This document shows positions 23,401 to 37,152 of a stretch of DNA of 64,000 bases, piece by piece. This stretch comes from Marsupella aquatica (Eukaryota > Plantae > Marchantiophyta), in contig OZ316891.1 of NCBI GenBank assembly GCA_973895155.1, positions 3,299,801 through 3,363,800 on the forward strand, read 5' to 3'. Position 1 is the first letter of the stretch. Every line of letters begins with the position of its first letter. The translations under genes were made by a program, and so were the position numbers. The notes under the pieces were generated by a model. It was not told where the DNA came from and did not search any database. It worked only from the letters and a program-made list of their open reading frames with translations.

Positions 23401-24670
23401 ATTAATCAATGATCCCAAATTTCTGTCACGGGTAAGGACATCTAATTAGCTCCAGCTCATCATATTCTACGGCAAATATTGAGTACAACATCACAGATTT
23501 TCTGGATGGAGCGGGCATGACAAGAGATCCACATTTAGGAGAGTAGGATTGGCCCTCAATTGAAGATATTTGTGTCACATCCCTTTCGCAGAGTGAAGTT
23601 AGTGGCAGGCCAAGAGAATATTGTAGGGGAATTATGCATTAAGGAGAGAGAAAGAGACCTTCAAGCTAGGTGGCCAATTCCTTCTGTTTGTTTCTGTCCC
23701 ATCAGATATCCTTCCACTTCATGTCCCAGAAAATTGAATCATAGAGTTCATTCCAATTGATAAAGCATAAAGCAAGCAAAGTCAAAGTCACCGGCAACGG
23801 TTGACAAATTTCTAAGACTGAGAAAGTTCTTGATCGAGTAAAATCTCACACTCTTAATGGGCGGGTTGATCCTCTTATATTAGCAGATGTTTAATGATGA
23901 GGGTTGAATCAAAACAGTGGAATCCTGGAATCAAAACAGTGTACTTTTTTGAGCTAATTATGTTAACAAAATCGATCATAACCCGGATTCACCCTGTTTT
24001 TTATTTTATTTTTGGGGGGGGGGGGGTTTATTGGAGGAAAGTGATGGTTTAATTAGTATAAGCTTCCTTTAAAGCATTAAAGTATGTAATGAGGAGGGGG
24101 CCACAAATGAATTAAATAATCTTGTGACTGGCTGTGTGACTTGAACTCTTGATGGAACGGAAGATATCCCGTTCACAATTTGGTGACTGATAATGTCACA
24201 TGGAAATGTAAACTGGTATATTAATAAATTTCAGAATATTTAGTAACATCCATCAAACTATTTGGAATTTGAGAATTTGAAACTTTCTATACTTACTTTA
24301 AGGACACTTAAGATTGGGGGCTATCAAACTCAGACGTGAACTTGCAAGCATACTTAGAATGGTAATGCAGATATGGTCAATTGAAGAGGACTAAGCTTGG
24401 TGGCACCTGAAAGGAATGTGCTGACATTTACCAGCATATAAAGCATTTATGAAAGTTTTAAAAAGTTTTGGGCTGCTCAGAATCAGAAATGGAAATCATC
24501 TAAAGCAGCAGAAGAAATCCTTTTGCTGGTTAAGGCTGAAATTTTATCAATTATGTAGATGTATTTTATTTAGGAAATGGAAATGTAATAATAGGGGCGC
24601 CCGGGGGGGGGGGGGGTGTTGATTGAAAAAGGAAGAATGGAACAAAATATACTTATTGACAGTGGGGAAT

Positions 24671-25266
24671 GAAGCTGCTATATGGTGAATCCACCTCTCA
24701 GATTTTGTCTTATTCAGATTTTTTGTTTAGTATTTTTATTTTAATCTGCTTTAACTAGGTGAATCATTTGTATTCATTTGATTTTGAATTAACTTTTGGA
24801 CCCCTTTTAATTTTGGTGAACCTAGAGGATTTTGAATGTATTTGGCTCCCCTCATAAATGTTTAATTGTTCCTTTTCAATCACTCCTTAGTTAATTATCT
24901 TTTTTCTCATGAGAGTGAGAGAAATGAGTTTGAACGATGTGCACATTTGGTGTACTAAGTTCCCCTCGTGGTTTCTTTTACAAAACTTATGATTTTAATT
25001 GAGTTGATTATCATTACGTAGAAGCAAGTAAAAATTTGTACTATATGTGCACAACTCTATAGTATCTTTGTATTTTCTTGGTCATAATGTGTTTTCTTTG
25101 CAATGTGTACTATGTCACTCACTCTTAATTAACAGAGATTAATTTCTTGGCATATACTTTACATGTACCTACTTTTTTTATCATATAATAAATCAAATGA
25201 ATTATATATCACTACAAGACAGAAAAAAGAGGCATGTTCCAGGATGAACATGCTATACTATAGGGG
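24671..25266. mobile_element. ~590-bp AT-rich non-autonomous repeat element, copy 2
   Basis: Homologous to 419-999 with the same 5' end. Perfect hairpin GCATGTTC...GAACATGC at 25232-25253, followed by TATACTATAGGGG. Confidence 0.65.
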
Positions 25267-27744
25267 GAAAACATTATGAACTGGATCTGATTGTCTTTTT
25301 CCCTTTGTTAGTAACATTCTATACCTGGAATACAATCTTGCCCTCAAGTAACAGAGTTCAAGGTCATACCCAAAGATTCAAAGAATAAAAAAAGCAGGAC
25401 AGCCCCAAAGCACTAAAGCCTCCCCACATAGAGTGTCCATCAAAAGTCTCACAAGAAAGACACTCTCTACTTTGGAATCTAATACCACAATTACGAGTGA
25501 TTCGTTCAAGAGAATTAGTTGCGTACAGCTGGGCCTTGTAGCTATCAAATTATGTCATTTAATTCATGTGTACCATTCAGTTGATGCTCCCACCTAATCT
25601 GCATCAATCCGTTATTTTGCATAATTGAAGCCGGGTCCCTGTCTAATTGATGGTTGTGTTTTGTGGGGTGCTTTTGGTGTGTGCCTACGGCTTTTCACTC
25701 TGAGCTCTTCCTACGGTTTGGTTGAGTACATTTGGTTGATCAATTTGAAGTGGACAAGCACCTAAATATTGGTACTGTTTTTGCGTGTGTAATTAGTGTT
25801 CCTTGATGTGTAGAGCTTTTGTTATGCACTGGCCATAATATCCGTTTGCTATTCATTTATATTGGTCAGGAATGGTTACGCGCAAGAAGGCTCCCTATAA
25901 CCAGATTCCGATGCTCGCTCCTTACTCACAAGAAAGGGTTCCCATTAACCAAATTCCCCTGCTAGCTACTCACAAGAATAGTCTGCAGTTCATGGCCGAC
26001 TCAGTTTAACCCCTCAGAAAGGTCTTGGTTCCTTTGGCCAAGAAAATGTTATTTTTTGGGTCATCCAACCGTATCCAAGGCCTGACTTGGCCGCTTTTGG
26101 CAAGAGGTCACTAATTCTTTTGTTATCCATATCCCATGAACTAATTTCCCACCTTGTCACATAGCCCATTATTTAGTCAGAATAGAAGTGTTTTGTGAGA
26201 TCTACAGTAGCCACTATTGTGAAAATTGATTGGTCTTTTTTCGTCTAGCAATCAGCCCGTTCCTCACCTAGTACAGCAACCATAAACCGGTTAGCCAGAA
26301 CATGACTACTATCCTGAAATCTAGGGAGTTCTGACATAATGGAAGGATGGCTAGCGAGATCGAGGAAAGTGGCCTTCACTCCAATGCCTCGTCCAATGCC
26401 TGGAAGGCAGGATGGAGGGCCAGTAATTATGTATGGCGATCAGTACCGTTAACCTGTCGGTTGGGCAGCTCGTTGTAAAGGATTGTTGACTTTCATTCAG
26501 ACAAAACAAGGCTCATCCCTAGGAAGTGTTAATTCCATCTAGAGCCTAAGAAAATCGAAGGACGGGCGACCATAGCCATCAGGCAGCATGAGCTGAAGTC
26601 GTTGTGAATGTGTTCGTTCCTCCAGAGAGGTTCGTTCCTCCAGAGAGGGAAGGAAATCGAAGGGAAAGCTAATCAGAACAGAACTAACTATCAGTCTATG
26701 GAACTGTGGGGAAATTTGAAGGTACAGTAATTAGCATGAATGGCATCACACCATCATCAATCTGGCTAAACACCGGAGTTGGGTAAATGTCCGCAGTACA
26801 GAAGAACTAGTGACTGAATTCTCTCTCGTTCCTGCATGAATTCCATCTTTTGAAACAGCTCTTAACACGAAGCCTTGGAATAGGTGGATAAATAGGGTAT
26901 AGATAGGGTATATAGACAGCTATTGGAATAGGTACTGTAGCTGAGAGATAATTTCATAAACTATTTGAAGGCAAAGTGTGCTTTCATAGTGGGCACAGTC
27001 ACAATAATGAGCTCAATCTGCATATTCCCATTGATAATCTTACCCGCCTGATCACCCAATGCAGCCACCATGGCGAGACACTCAAATATAGAACCCTGAT
27101 CCCATTTTCATTCACCGGCATCCAGACAACACTAACCCTTAATAGATAGCTTAGGGTCATCTGTGGAATAGATTGCTTAGGGTCTAGGTATCCATAGCTT
27201 ATAAAAAATAAATTTAATATAACTTTAATATAAGGATTGAAAAAATAACATAGTTTACAAATGATATGAAAGATTAAAAAATAAAAATAGGACTATTTTA
27301 TTTTTTTTGAAAAATATTAAGAGGGAAGTAAAAATACTTTCAAAAGTACACAAATGCAAAGGATGTCAATGCCTTGTATAAAAAAACTGAAAAAGTTATA
27401 TACTAAAAATTTCAATAATAAAAACTAACTTCACTATAGGCTGTGAACAAGGTAAGACTCTGAACAAGGTAAAATAAAAAATATCAATAAGACAAACTGA
27501 TGTGTATAAGGAGGTATATGCTCGATGGGCACTCTAGTGTAACTTTCTTACCTTATGGGCCCTTATGAATCATTTTTTACCTATTTTGCACTTCTGCATC
27601 AGTTGTTCTAGCAGCAGTCACTCTAACCAATTTTTGCTTGATGCAATGATCAATTGCACTGTCGAACCCTGCACCCAACCTTGCACGGTCGAACAAAAAT
27701 TTCAAATGACATGGTTTGCGGCACGCCACCGCTACCCAAACTAT

Positions 27745-27878
27745 AAAGTGAAGACAATATGGATTATGTCTTCAAATTTGAACCGCAGACACTACACAAA
27801 TGACAAAGTGAAGACAATATGGATTATGTCTTCAAATTTGAACCGTGTACACTACACAAATGACAAAGTGAAGACAAA
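27745..27878. repeat. 60-bp tandem repeat, ~2.2 copies
   Basis: AAAGTGAAGACAATATGGATTATGTCTTCAAATTTGAACCG repeated with a 60-bp period. Confidence 0.9.
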
Positions 27879-29191
27879 GTTTATTGTAATGCGGGTAGTT
27901 ATAGGGCTTACTTTCACATTCACCACACAGGGTTTTCTCGACGTTTTTGATTATTTTGCGACAAGTTCGGAGGACATGATTGTGTGATTGTTATGATCTT
28001 GGTATTTCCACTATCACTTTTTCTGTCACTGGCCATTGGGCACTCATTTTCTATCACTAGGGACTAGGCTTCAATCAACAACCTGAAGGCATCAACAAAA
28101 CCAATCAACAAAAGCCCAAGCATTGACAAAGAGCATGTTCCTCCTCCAACACAAAAAATCAAAGAGCGACAATTGTTAGGTAGCAGCAAAACCCTAATCC
28201 TCTCACAACACACTCATATACATAATGCAATATGTTTTCATGGCTAAACTCGCCCTCATTCCATTTAAAACCCGTTGTGGTCAACTACACAGTTGGCACC
28301 TAACAAGAACATGAGTACGGCTCATTAAGAGGGGGCCTTTTAGGTTAAAAAGGTTTGGTAAGGGCCCATTAGGTAAAACAACTTCATAGAGGCCCATCAG
28401 GTAAGAAAGTTTCACCATAGGGCCTATCAAGCATATATCTCCGGGTAGAAGGTCTGAACACGGTAGAACAAAGTTAACACGGTAGAACAAACGTAACATA
28501 AAAAAGCTCAATAGGACAAACCAACGAGAGTATAGGCTGTGAACAAGCTAGAACAAGGTAACACTCTGAACAAGGTAACACCAGAAAAGAAAGGTGTTAA
28601 ATAAATGCTTTCAGCGGAAATGCGGGCACAACTGATGAAGTTATGATGGGCATGCGAAAGTTCTTCCGTTCAGCTACTGTAATGACGGCGATGCGAAAGG
28701 TCGTCGGAATCTGTTGGGCCTACATCCCACTGCCGCTTAAGAATGTCTGAATATAGACTCTGGAAATATATGGTAGGTTTCTAGATCTAAGGGCTATGAA
28801 GGAATTATGCACTTCGTACCTATTACCACGTACAGTTGCACGGTAACATTTGACCTTCATAGTTTGGAACGATTATTGCATTCAGCATACGTACATTCAT
28901 ACTTTCACGGTGCAAATGTCCTTCTCTCGCTGCGTACTGGCGTCAAATATCATAAGAGATTTTCTATTTCTACTGGGTGTTCCATACATAGTATGGTTGT
29001 TTCAGCCTAGATTCAACCACATATGTTGGCGGGACTTGATGTAGCCCTCATCTCGAATTTCCAACGCAAACCGTTCATGGAGGAGTGCTGAATTCAAACT
29101 CGCTGTCGAGTATGAGCTCTGCTCGAGAGGTTCTCTGCTTAATAAGTCTGTGGAGCCGTGGAGCTTAGATATCGTGGGCAAGATTGGAAGA

Positions 29192-32100
29192 ATGGACATG
29201 ATGGCTTTTTCCACACAGCTTTTCTGGACAATTGGTGCTGCAGCAGTAGTCTGCGCTGTGTTAAGGCTGTCGCAAGTTTTAACGCGGAGATCTGGGGATG
29301 CGGATGTGGATCGCAATTATAGAGTGAGGGGTTTGCCGCTTGTGGGTGTAGTCCCAGAGCTCATGAGCAACTTCCCTCGGATCCACGATTGGCTCGTCTC
29401 ATACCTAGAGAAGCACCACACAGTCACATTCCATATGCTCGGTACTCAAGAATGCTATTTCACTTGTGACACAGAAAATATCAAGTATATGTTAAAGACT
29501 AACTTCGACAATTTTAACAAGGTATCGCAATGGAATTGTTATTCCACAAACCTGCGCTCCATTTGATAGGACTTACGTAGGAGATCATTGTGTCAAGATT
29601 CATGTTGGCAGAGTAGCCTGTGTCATTTTGCAGATTACATCGATGGATGCTGATGCTCCAGTTTGGCTCCCCAGAATTGGAACAATTGTCAATGTTAGCT
29701 TGGATTAACTCTAGTTGGCAATCGTGTGACTGCATGTACCCAATCGAGGCAATCAGGGAGGAATGTTTCATGAACGATTTGAAATTTTGCTGGGAGATGG
29801 GGTTTTCAATACCGACGGGGACATGTGGAAGCTGCAAAGGAAGACCGTAATGCCGGAGTTTACTTCCCGTAATTTGCGTGAGTTTTACGCCGCCGCGTAC
29901 ACAGAGGCAGCCCTGAAGCTCTCTAGTCTCCTTGACGAGATCAACCATCAGGGCGTCTCCGTTGATTTGCAGGTAAAGGTTCATATGGTATATAGCTAGC
30001 TGATAAGCAGCCCTTAGATACGCGGCGTTCACGACGATTCCACACCGGTGCAAACAAAAGTTTAGCTGATCACGAGATACTAAAGAACAACTTTCGATAT
30101 TAGTGCATACATTCCAAGTGAATATAGGAACTCCACTGAGTACTAGACTCTAGAGCACTAGAGCCATTTGACGAATTTACTTGAGCATTCAATTTAGCGG
30201 AATGCATGGCAGTTGCAGTTGCATTGTTCGCATCGATTCTACTATCGTAGCTCGTTGGAATGTCAAAAAATTTGACCAGACCTCCAGCTGAGCTCATTTA
30301 GGAGCACTACAATATTTCTCCATTGATATCCTTTCGTGCGTCCTTGAGCTCTAACCGCTTTCCAATCGGCTGAAACAGGACTTGTTTCTAAGGATGACAT
30401 TGGAAGCCATCGGGAAAGTTGGATTCGGAGTGGAGATCGGCTGCCTCCCGTCGCAACTCCCGCTTCCAGAAAATGCCTTCGCGAAGGCTTTCGACTCTGC
30501 CAGTGAAACGGTCTCTACGAGATTTTATGATTCATTGTGGAAGGTGAAACGATTTCTGAAGGTGGGTCTCGAGGGTGAGCTCTTGCACCACATCGACGTA
30601 GTTGACTCTTTCACATTTGGAGTCATTGCCCAGAGGAAGCTCGAGATCTCCCCTGCAAGAGGTCAGCAATCAAACGGATTTCCTCAGGAGGTACGTACTC
30701 TTCAAGTATATGGAGGATGACGAAACCTTATCGTGTGCTTGACCTCATCACACCCGTCATCACACAACAGTTATGGAATTAAAAGGTCGTAGCTGTTACC
30801 GTGCGTAAAGGTCTCTTTCTGCTGCAAAGTCGGGGTTAAGTGTATATTTCTTTGTATCGCACTCATGCATGCGGTTTGGATTTGTTTGGAGTATTATTTC
30901 AGGAACAAAAGTTAGATATCATTACAAGATTCCTCAAGCTCGCCGAAGATGAGAAAAATGGTGTTGACTGCAAGCTGATCCGTGACATTTGCCTTAACTT
31001 CGTTATTGCTGGGAGAGACTCTACGGCGGTGACGCTTTCTTGGCTTGTTTATTCGCTCATGCAAAAGCCGGAAATGGCACAACGGCTCCATGACGAGCTG
31101 CGAAGTTTCGAAACCGGGAATAAAACACCGGAGACTCCTGAGCAAACACCACCACACACAGCAGCACCAGCCGAAGTTGACAAGGAGATTGGAGAATTTG
31201 CGAAGTTGCTAACATATGCTAATCTCAAGACTGAACTACCATACCTCACAGCAGTAATCTCTGAGACCCTACGGCTTTACCCTGCAGTACCTGAGGTGAG
31301 CTGATTCTGTACGTCTTGTGCTTCTTGTTTCATGTCCGTCATGCATGGGGGAAATTAAATTACCTCGACACTGGTCTGTTCCCAGTTAATCCATTCAGAG
31401 CTGATCACTTGCCTAGATGCCACGTTGTTCATTTCTGTGTAGATCCCGAAGGGCGTGAAGGAAAATGATGTCCTGCCCGATGGAACCCGCGTGAAGAAGG
31501 GAATGATCATTGCCTACTCGCCATTCTGTATGGGTCGCATGACGTACATCTGGGGCCTGGATGCCAAGGAGTTCAAACCAGAAAGATGGCTTCAGAACGG
31601 CAAATTCGTGATGGAATCAGAATTTAAGCTCACCGCCTTCCAGGTAGAGGATTCTCCATGCAATGCTTTTCTTTATTGTCGTGATTGTGTCAGAAAATTT
31701 CGTTTCTGAGCGAGCAGTTTAGGATTTTGTAGATATTCGGGCCTGGAATGATTAAAATTCGCTCGACGTGGAACCTCTTCTGACTTTTCATCGTGATGTC
31801 AAGCAACCTTTTTTCCTGTCAACAGACTAGCAGTATATGTCCTTTCCCATGCATGATCACAAGTCCTTCTGATTCCATTACCAAGTTCGCGTCATTAAGA
31901 CTTTGATTTCGTTAGCATCGAGTCCCCGATGAGTCAAAACTTAATTTGCTAGTGTTGTGTTGTCGCCCGCGAGATCAAGAACTAATGTAAATGATGTCTT
32001 TCCTGCCAAGGGACGCCTGCAATTCGTCCGTGCTCCGACTGTTGTCTTTCGTAATATTTAGAGTCCGTTGTTCCCTTCAATTTGTTGTCATGGAATGTCC

Positions 32101-32527
32101 AACGCGTTCGAGACCGAACCGGTTTAGAAACCAAGGAAGAAATTTGGGTCTGAATGAAGCTTCAGGGAAGAACACGGCAACGGGAAACAGAGCACCTTAG
32201 GGGGCAGCACTTCTTAGCAGCAGCAAGGGATGGAAAATTGCCTTGGATGCGATATAATTCATGAACTGGGCATGTGGCTTTGTGCTAACGCAGGCGGGTG
32301 CACGAATGTGTATGGGGAGGGACTCTGCGTACACCCAAATAAAGATAACTGCAGCCATTCTGTACCGATTCTTTCAGTTCCAGCTGGTGGAAGAGCACCC
32401 AGTGCAGTATAAAGTAATGACTGTCTTGGTCATGGCTAACGGCCTCAAGGTCAATGTTCGGAGGCGAGTAGCGGGGAATGATGATATTTCTCACGATAAT
32501 TCGAATTCGTATTCTAAGTATTCCTAA
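29192..32527 (+). CDS. CYP704: Cytochrome P450, CYP86 clan, CYP704 family; exons 29192-29521, 29757-29972, 30379-30690, 30903-31295, 31443-31643, 32294-32527
   Basis: N-terminal anchor; [11 protein letters not shown]; [11 protein letters not shown]; I-helix [10 protein letters not shown]; ETLR (ExxR); FKPERW; heme motif FQ|[13 protein letters not shown]; canonical GT-AG introns in frame. Confidence 0.9.
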
Positions 32528-33199
32528 ATAAAAGCTTAGAATTGTTTAGTTTGTGTCACGAAACGTGACTGGACAGAAAGCGAACCTCGAGCTTGCCGCG
32601 CATGGAAATATATATCCATGGACAGAATTTGAGTAGGAAGTCGGAGTGGTGGAAGTGAGCAGACCAATTTCCGCTATTCGTTCCAGCAGTATTGTTTTAA
32701 TGAATTACAGGATTATGGATAGGACTGAAGTAGGGTTTACGAGATTTTACGTTTTAGACAATACTCGGGTCCGCCTCGACGACAAAGGGAGTCGATCATT
32801 GTTAGAGTTGGGGCCACTAAACCTGCAGAATATTAATTTCTGGTAAAACCCAATTTTTGATTGGATAACTAAATGAACTCTGTTTCAGCTGAAATGTGCT
32901 GTGTGATTTACGAAGCTCAAGCTACCTGCTTTCAAAAGTTGTGAATTTGTGAACATCTGCAACACTCAATCGTATATACTCAAAAAACATATTTTCAAAA
33001 TTAAACTATACTCTAGATTGGCAATTTTCCTTACGTCTTTCTTTTACGGATACTCTCACTTTAGTTGGAATCTGTTACTTATTAAAAGAAGCTTACCTAG
33101 CTTAGTTTTAGCTAACTTCATTCTAGACACCTAAAGAAAAGGACGAAAGTGTGGAACGGTCTAAGAGATGGGTAACAGGACCTTAATGGACTTGAAGGT

Positions 33200-33960
33200 C
33201 TAATAGATTCTTAGTTTTGCTAACGTCACTAGATGCCTTCATCTCGCTCGTCCAAGATAGTGTCTATATCACTACGGCAAGAGACCCTCATCTCTTCGTC
33301 TCCTTGCACTCCAATCAATTCAATCTCTGGATCCCAAATGGATATTACCGTTTCCGCATTTAATGTTTTGATCACCAGCTGCAGCGGAACCTCTGTTCAC
33401 ACAGTAGTTTCTATGATGTCTTAAAAAGTACCTTCATTGCACCAAAATGCTATCGGAAAAAGCAGGATAGACAACCCTACCAGAACTCCTGTCAATTGAG
33501 GTCTGTCGAAATTGACTACTTGGCACACAATGGTTGGTGAAATTTGCCGAGGTCACCGCAAAGATACTAAATATCACTGATCATATTGAACACTCCCTCC
33601 ACTGGCCAGGTCCAGGAAAGATGTTGTAGGAGAGGTCTAGATACGGCAATCACGAAAAACTGGCGAGTGCCATGGGTAACAACCCATTCAATAGGTTACG
33701 TGACAAGTCCAAGTCTTCCATTGCAGGCAAGCTGCAAAACTCCACAGGAATAAATAACCCGGTGAGAGCATTCCAGCTTAGATTGATCACTTGAAGCTGT
33801 TTGCTATTGCTGATTTGCTGCGGGATGGAACCCGAGAAATTGTTCCTCTCCAGATTCAATTGGCTTAACTTGGTACAGTCACCAAGTGGTGGAGGAGTAG
33901 CCCCTGAGAAATTGTTGTGGGGGACATCTAGCTTGCCGAGGTTCGGGATGGGCCCGATGC
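33200..33960 (-). pseudogene. LRR receptor-like kinase remnant (LRRs joined to kinase C-terminal fragment)
   Basis: Plant LRRs NLERNNFSGSIP, INLSWNALTG, LDLSRNLLNG and LDLSYN with an in-frame stop at ~33650. Downstream VISIWDPEI...EEM resembles the RLK kinase C-lobe; most of the gene is missing. Confidence 0.7.
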
Positions 33961-34089
33961 TTTACGGCAAAGTGCTAATGAAGATTGTTTTGATTATGTC
34001 ATCTTAATATGTGGACGGGAATAGCAGGACACATATCAATAGGCAAGCAAGTACTTTGAGCCATTCGTATATGCAACCACTCTAGAGCA

Positions 34090-34230
34090 ATTGAAAAGAA
34101 GATTGAATCAAATTTGCAAGAAGAAGTCACAATCTGCAGTCGTTGAGAAAAAGAAGATTGAATCAAATTTGCAAGAAGAAGTCACAATCTGCAGTCATTG
34201 ACAAACAATTTGCAAGAAGAATTCACAATG
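34090..34230. repeat. ~55-bp tandem duplication plus partial third copy
   Basis: AAGAAGATTGAATCAAATTTGCAAGAAGAAGTCACAATCTGCAGTC occurs twice. Confidence 0.85.
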
Positions 34231-36930
34231 CTTTTTAGAGATGAAGTGTCTTGGAATTCTGGATTGCAACTATTTTTTGTTTTTGGTTGGACAGTATCAC
34301 AACTTGAAATCCAATGTTGGATTCGATTTTGGATTTGGCCCTAAAATAGTGTTTTTGAAATATTAATTTTGATGAATTTTTGCCATTTTTTGTGAAATCA
34401 AAAATAGGTTTCTGGTTTGGTGGTCATAGTTCTCATTTGGTCAGTCAATGTGTTGCATCCACAGTGAACCCAAGACTACCTGATTCTTTGCTTCCTGTAC
34501 ATTTCAATGATGTTGGGTTTGTATGTGTCAATTGCCTTCTATTTTTGTTTGGTCTTCAATTGCTTGTACTCATTGTCACCCAAGGTTTGATATCATGGCC
34601 ATCCCTCTTCCTCCTCCCAAAGTAGAGAGTCTCGTTTTTGACCCATCCATTTCAAGGCATAGTCACAAAGCATTTTGCAATGGACTGCCATGGAATCATG
34701 TACTTCGTATGCATTGAATGAGCCGTCCAATTATGGCTCAAAGGAAATTGGTCGACACCGAAGCAGTTTGGGTGAACTGTTCAACCTCAAAATCTTCGAC
34801 ATGTGCATAGTGGCCATTTTCTATGTCAGTGAGGGCTTGTTGTACCCAAGAACAAACATACAACGTGTGTGGGCATTGGGTAAGCAGTGCCTGCAAGCAA
34901 GCCCAATGAATCACGCTCATTTGTACCTTAGTCGACACGGGGTCGACCCCGGCTTACGGACTTCTAAGCCTTCGCGTTACCGCCTTCGATCCGGATCCAT
35001 TAGTACAAGTGCTCAACCCGGGCTCGCAACCCTGTACCCGTAACCTGCACCCCGTGCACGTTTGGCATGACGTGTTCGGCCCGGCACTGACACTTGCACA
35101 CGAGACTCATACATGCATTCATACATAAGCAGAAATCTCGATTTACACGAAAGAATTGATGGGAAAGGATTTCATTCATCTTTGATCATACACTTACGAT
35201 TGGGTGACCCGACACCTCGTGAATGAACGGGCCCAAGGCCGAGGAGTATACACTATCCCATGCGTGGAAGCCAATAGTTTCAGTTCCACAAGTTGTTGGG
35301 GAGTTTGTAATCGATTTTCCTCGAACCTAGTTACGTACTTGCATTGAGTACTTGACCTGCATGCACCCCCATAAATGACAAATTACAAACCCGTAGCAAT
35401 GAGTATGAAAGAGCATATATGGACCTATGAATGGTACACGCATGTTCAGGGTGTAAAACTAACTTGACTCATCTCTTTGCCATACTCCATCATTGTTGCA
35501 ATGTTCCCCTAACATTGTAGTAATTGGGTGACAGTATTGCTCTTGGCTGCTTCTTTCTTGTACCATTCCTTAGCTCACGTTGTTGTTCTGCAGGGGATTC
35601 GTGGGTCATTTGTATACAAGGATGGTGGGGTTCCTTTGTTGATGAGACTGTGCTTCTTGAAAACATGGCACCCATAGGTGCGTTGGGTCTTGAAAACAAC
35701 ATTCTTGCAGGGCAACATCTTACAGACAACTCCAACATATAGGGAGATTGAAATCAACTCCCTCCTTAGCGAGGCTTGTGACTTGTGACTCCTATTTACA
35801 ATTGATGAAAAGCACAAGCATTATCAAAAAAGGCCCACATATTATTGAACAAAGTGTTATACACTTGCAAGTACAATCCAAACCAAGTTTACCCAAGTAT
35901 GTTCTTACCAAGTTGCAATGGGCACAAGGCTCGGGCCCGGGCTTGGGTAACGAGGCACATTTGCAAAAATCTGCAGGCTTTGGCACATACTTCCCCTTCA
36001 AAGATTCCAAGTCCATTTCAGACTTCCAGTTCAAGAGTTTGTGAGCCTTTAGGGTAGGTCCTTCATTATTCCCATCATTGCTTGATTCTTTGGTACAAGT
36101 AGGCCCTTTGGTTGTCGTGGAGTACTCTTGGGCTGCTCTCTATAGTCAACCCCAACCTTGGCTTTTCATCCCTACTAGGAGGGGTTAAACCTGCTTGAAG
36201 GGGTTAAAATTGTGGTCGCACAGTTAGATGTTCTGTTGGTCCCACTCGCAAAAAGGACATTACCGGAGGGACTCTGCAATGTTGCTGAAATGACTACATC
36301 GTCATCATTTGAGGTGACTTGGGGCGTGGGGTGAGAGGCAGGTGGAGCTGGCAGAGCCAACATGGGAGTGAGCAAACATGGTGCATTGGAGACACTAGCC
36401 AACTAACAGAGCATGGTCCAACTGAGGAGACTGAAAGACAGGTGGGTCATAGGTTGGAGTGGGAGAGTTCCACAATGCCAATATGTTATTAGCAGCCTGG
36501 CAAGTTCAGACGACACAGTCAATTACCGTAAGGCAAAAACCACATTCTAAAGTGATGGAACTTTCATACTTAATTAGCAAAATGGGGGAACATAAACCAG
36601 GATGAACATTGTAAACTAGCACAAATTAGGTTTGAAAGTGGTATTCTATTTGTAATCTGAATAAACATTGTAAAGTAATATGATGTAACTATGGTGGCAA
36701 GCCAAGTACTTGCTTGTTAGTTTGTAGCATTTTGCCTGACACCTGCACCATGTAGTGCAATCATAGTACACACTTAGAAGTATGAGTGAACGAGTAACAC
36801 TGTTCTTTATGCTTTCATAATCTGCATGGACTCCAGAAATGATTGGTATAGACAAGGGCTTGAAAATATTGTAACTCAACTTGTGGTGATGCAACTCATG
36901 CTTTCCACTTGATGATTTGGGCTTCACCCA

Positions 36931-37152
36931 TTAAAATGCCGTATTTTCTTTGGTATGCTGAAGAGCTTCACGCCAAGTTTTGTTGATCAGCCTATACAAC
37001 ATCACTTCTGAAGGACCAACTTGCATCCTCAATCTGCTCAGTATTTGGCTTTTCACTATATTGTTTGTCAACAGGCACAACATTTGCTTACCTCCATCCG
37101 ATCTTGGCTCATTCCTTGCTCTCTCTGCTACCTTACGTTGGAGTTGTATCAA
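36931..37152 (-). pseudogene. Degenerate F-box-like ORF fragment within an unresolved ~34.4-38.4 kb accessory or TE-like region
   Basis: LCLLTNNIVKSQILSRL....VMLYRLINKTWREAL resembles the F-box consensus L..LP.....ILSRL......R.V.K.W. Confidence 0.35.

Noticed and set aside
21825-23760. 202-aa ORF and nearby Cys-containing fragments
   Set aside because: No recognisable domain or consistent exon structure; probably degenerate sequence.
25870-27130. Possible LTR-retrotransposon gag remnant
   Set aside because: No LTR pair, PBS or diagnostic motif could be identified.
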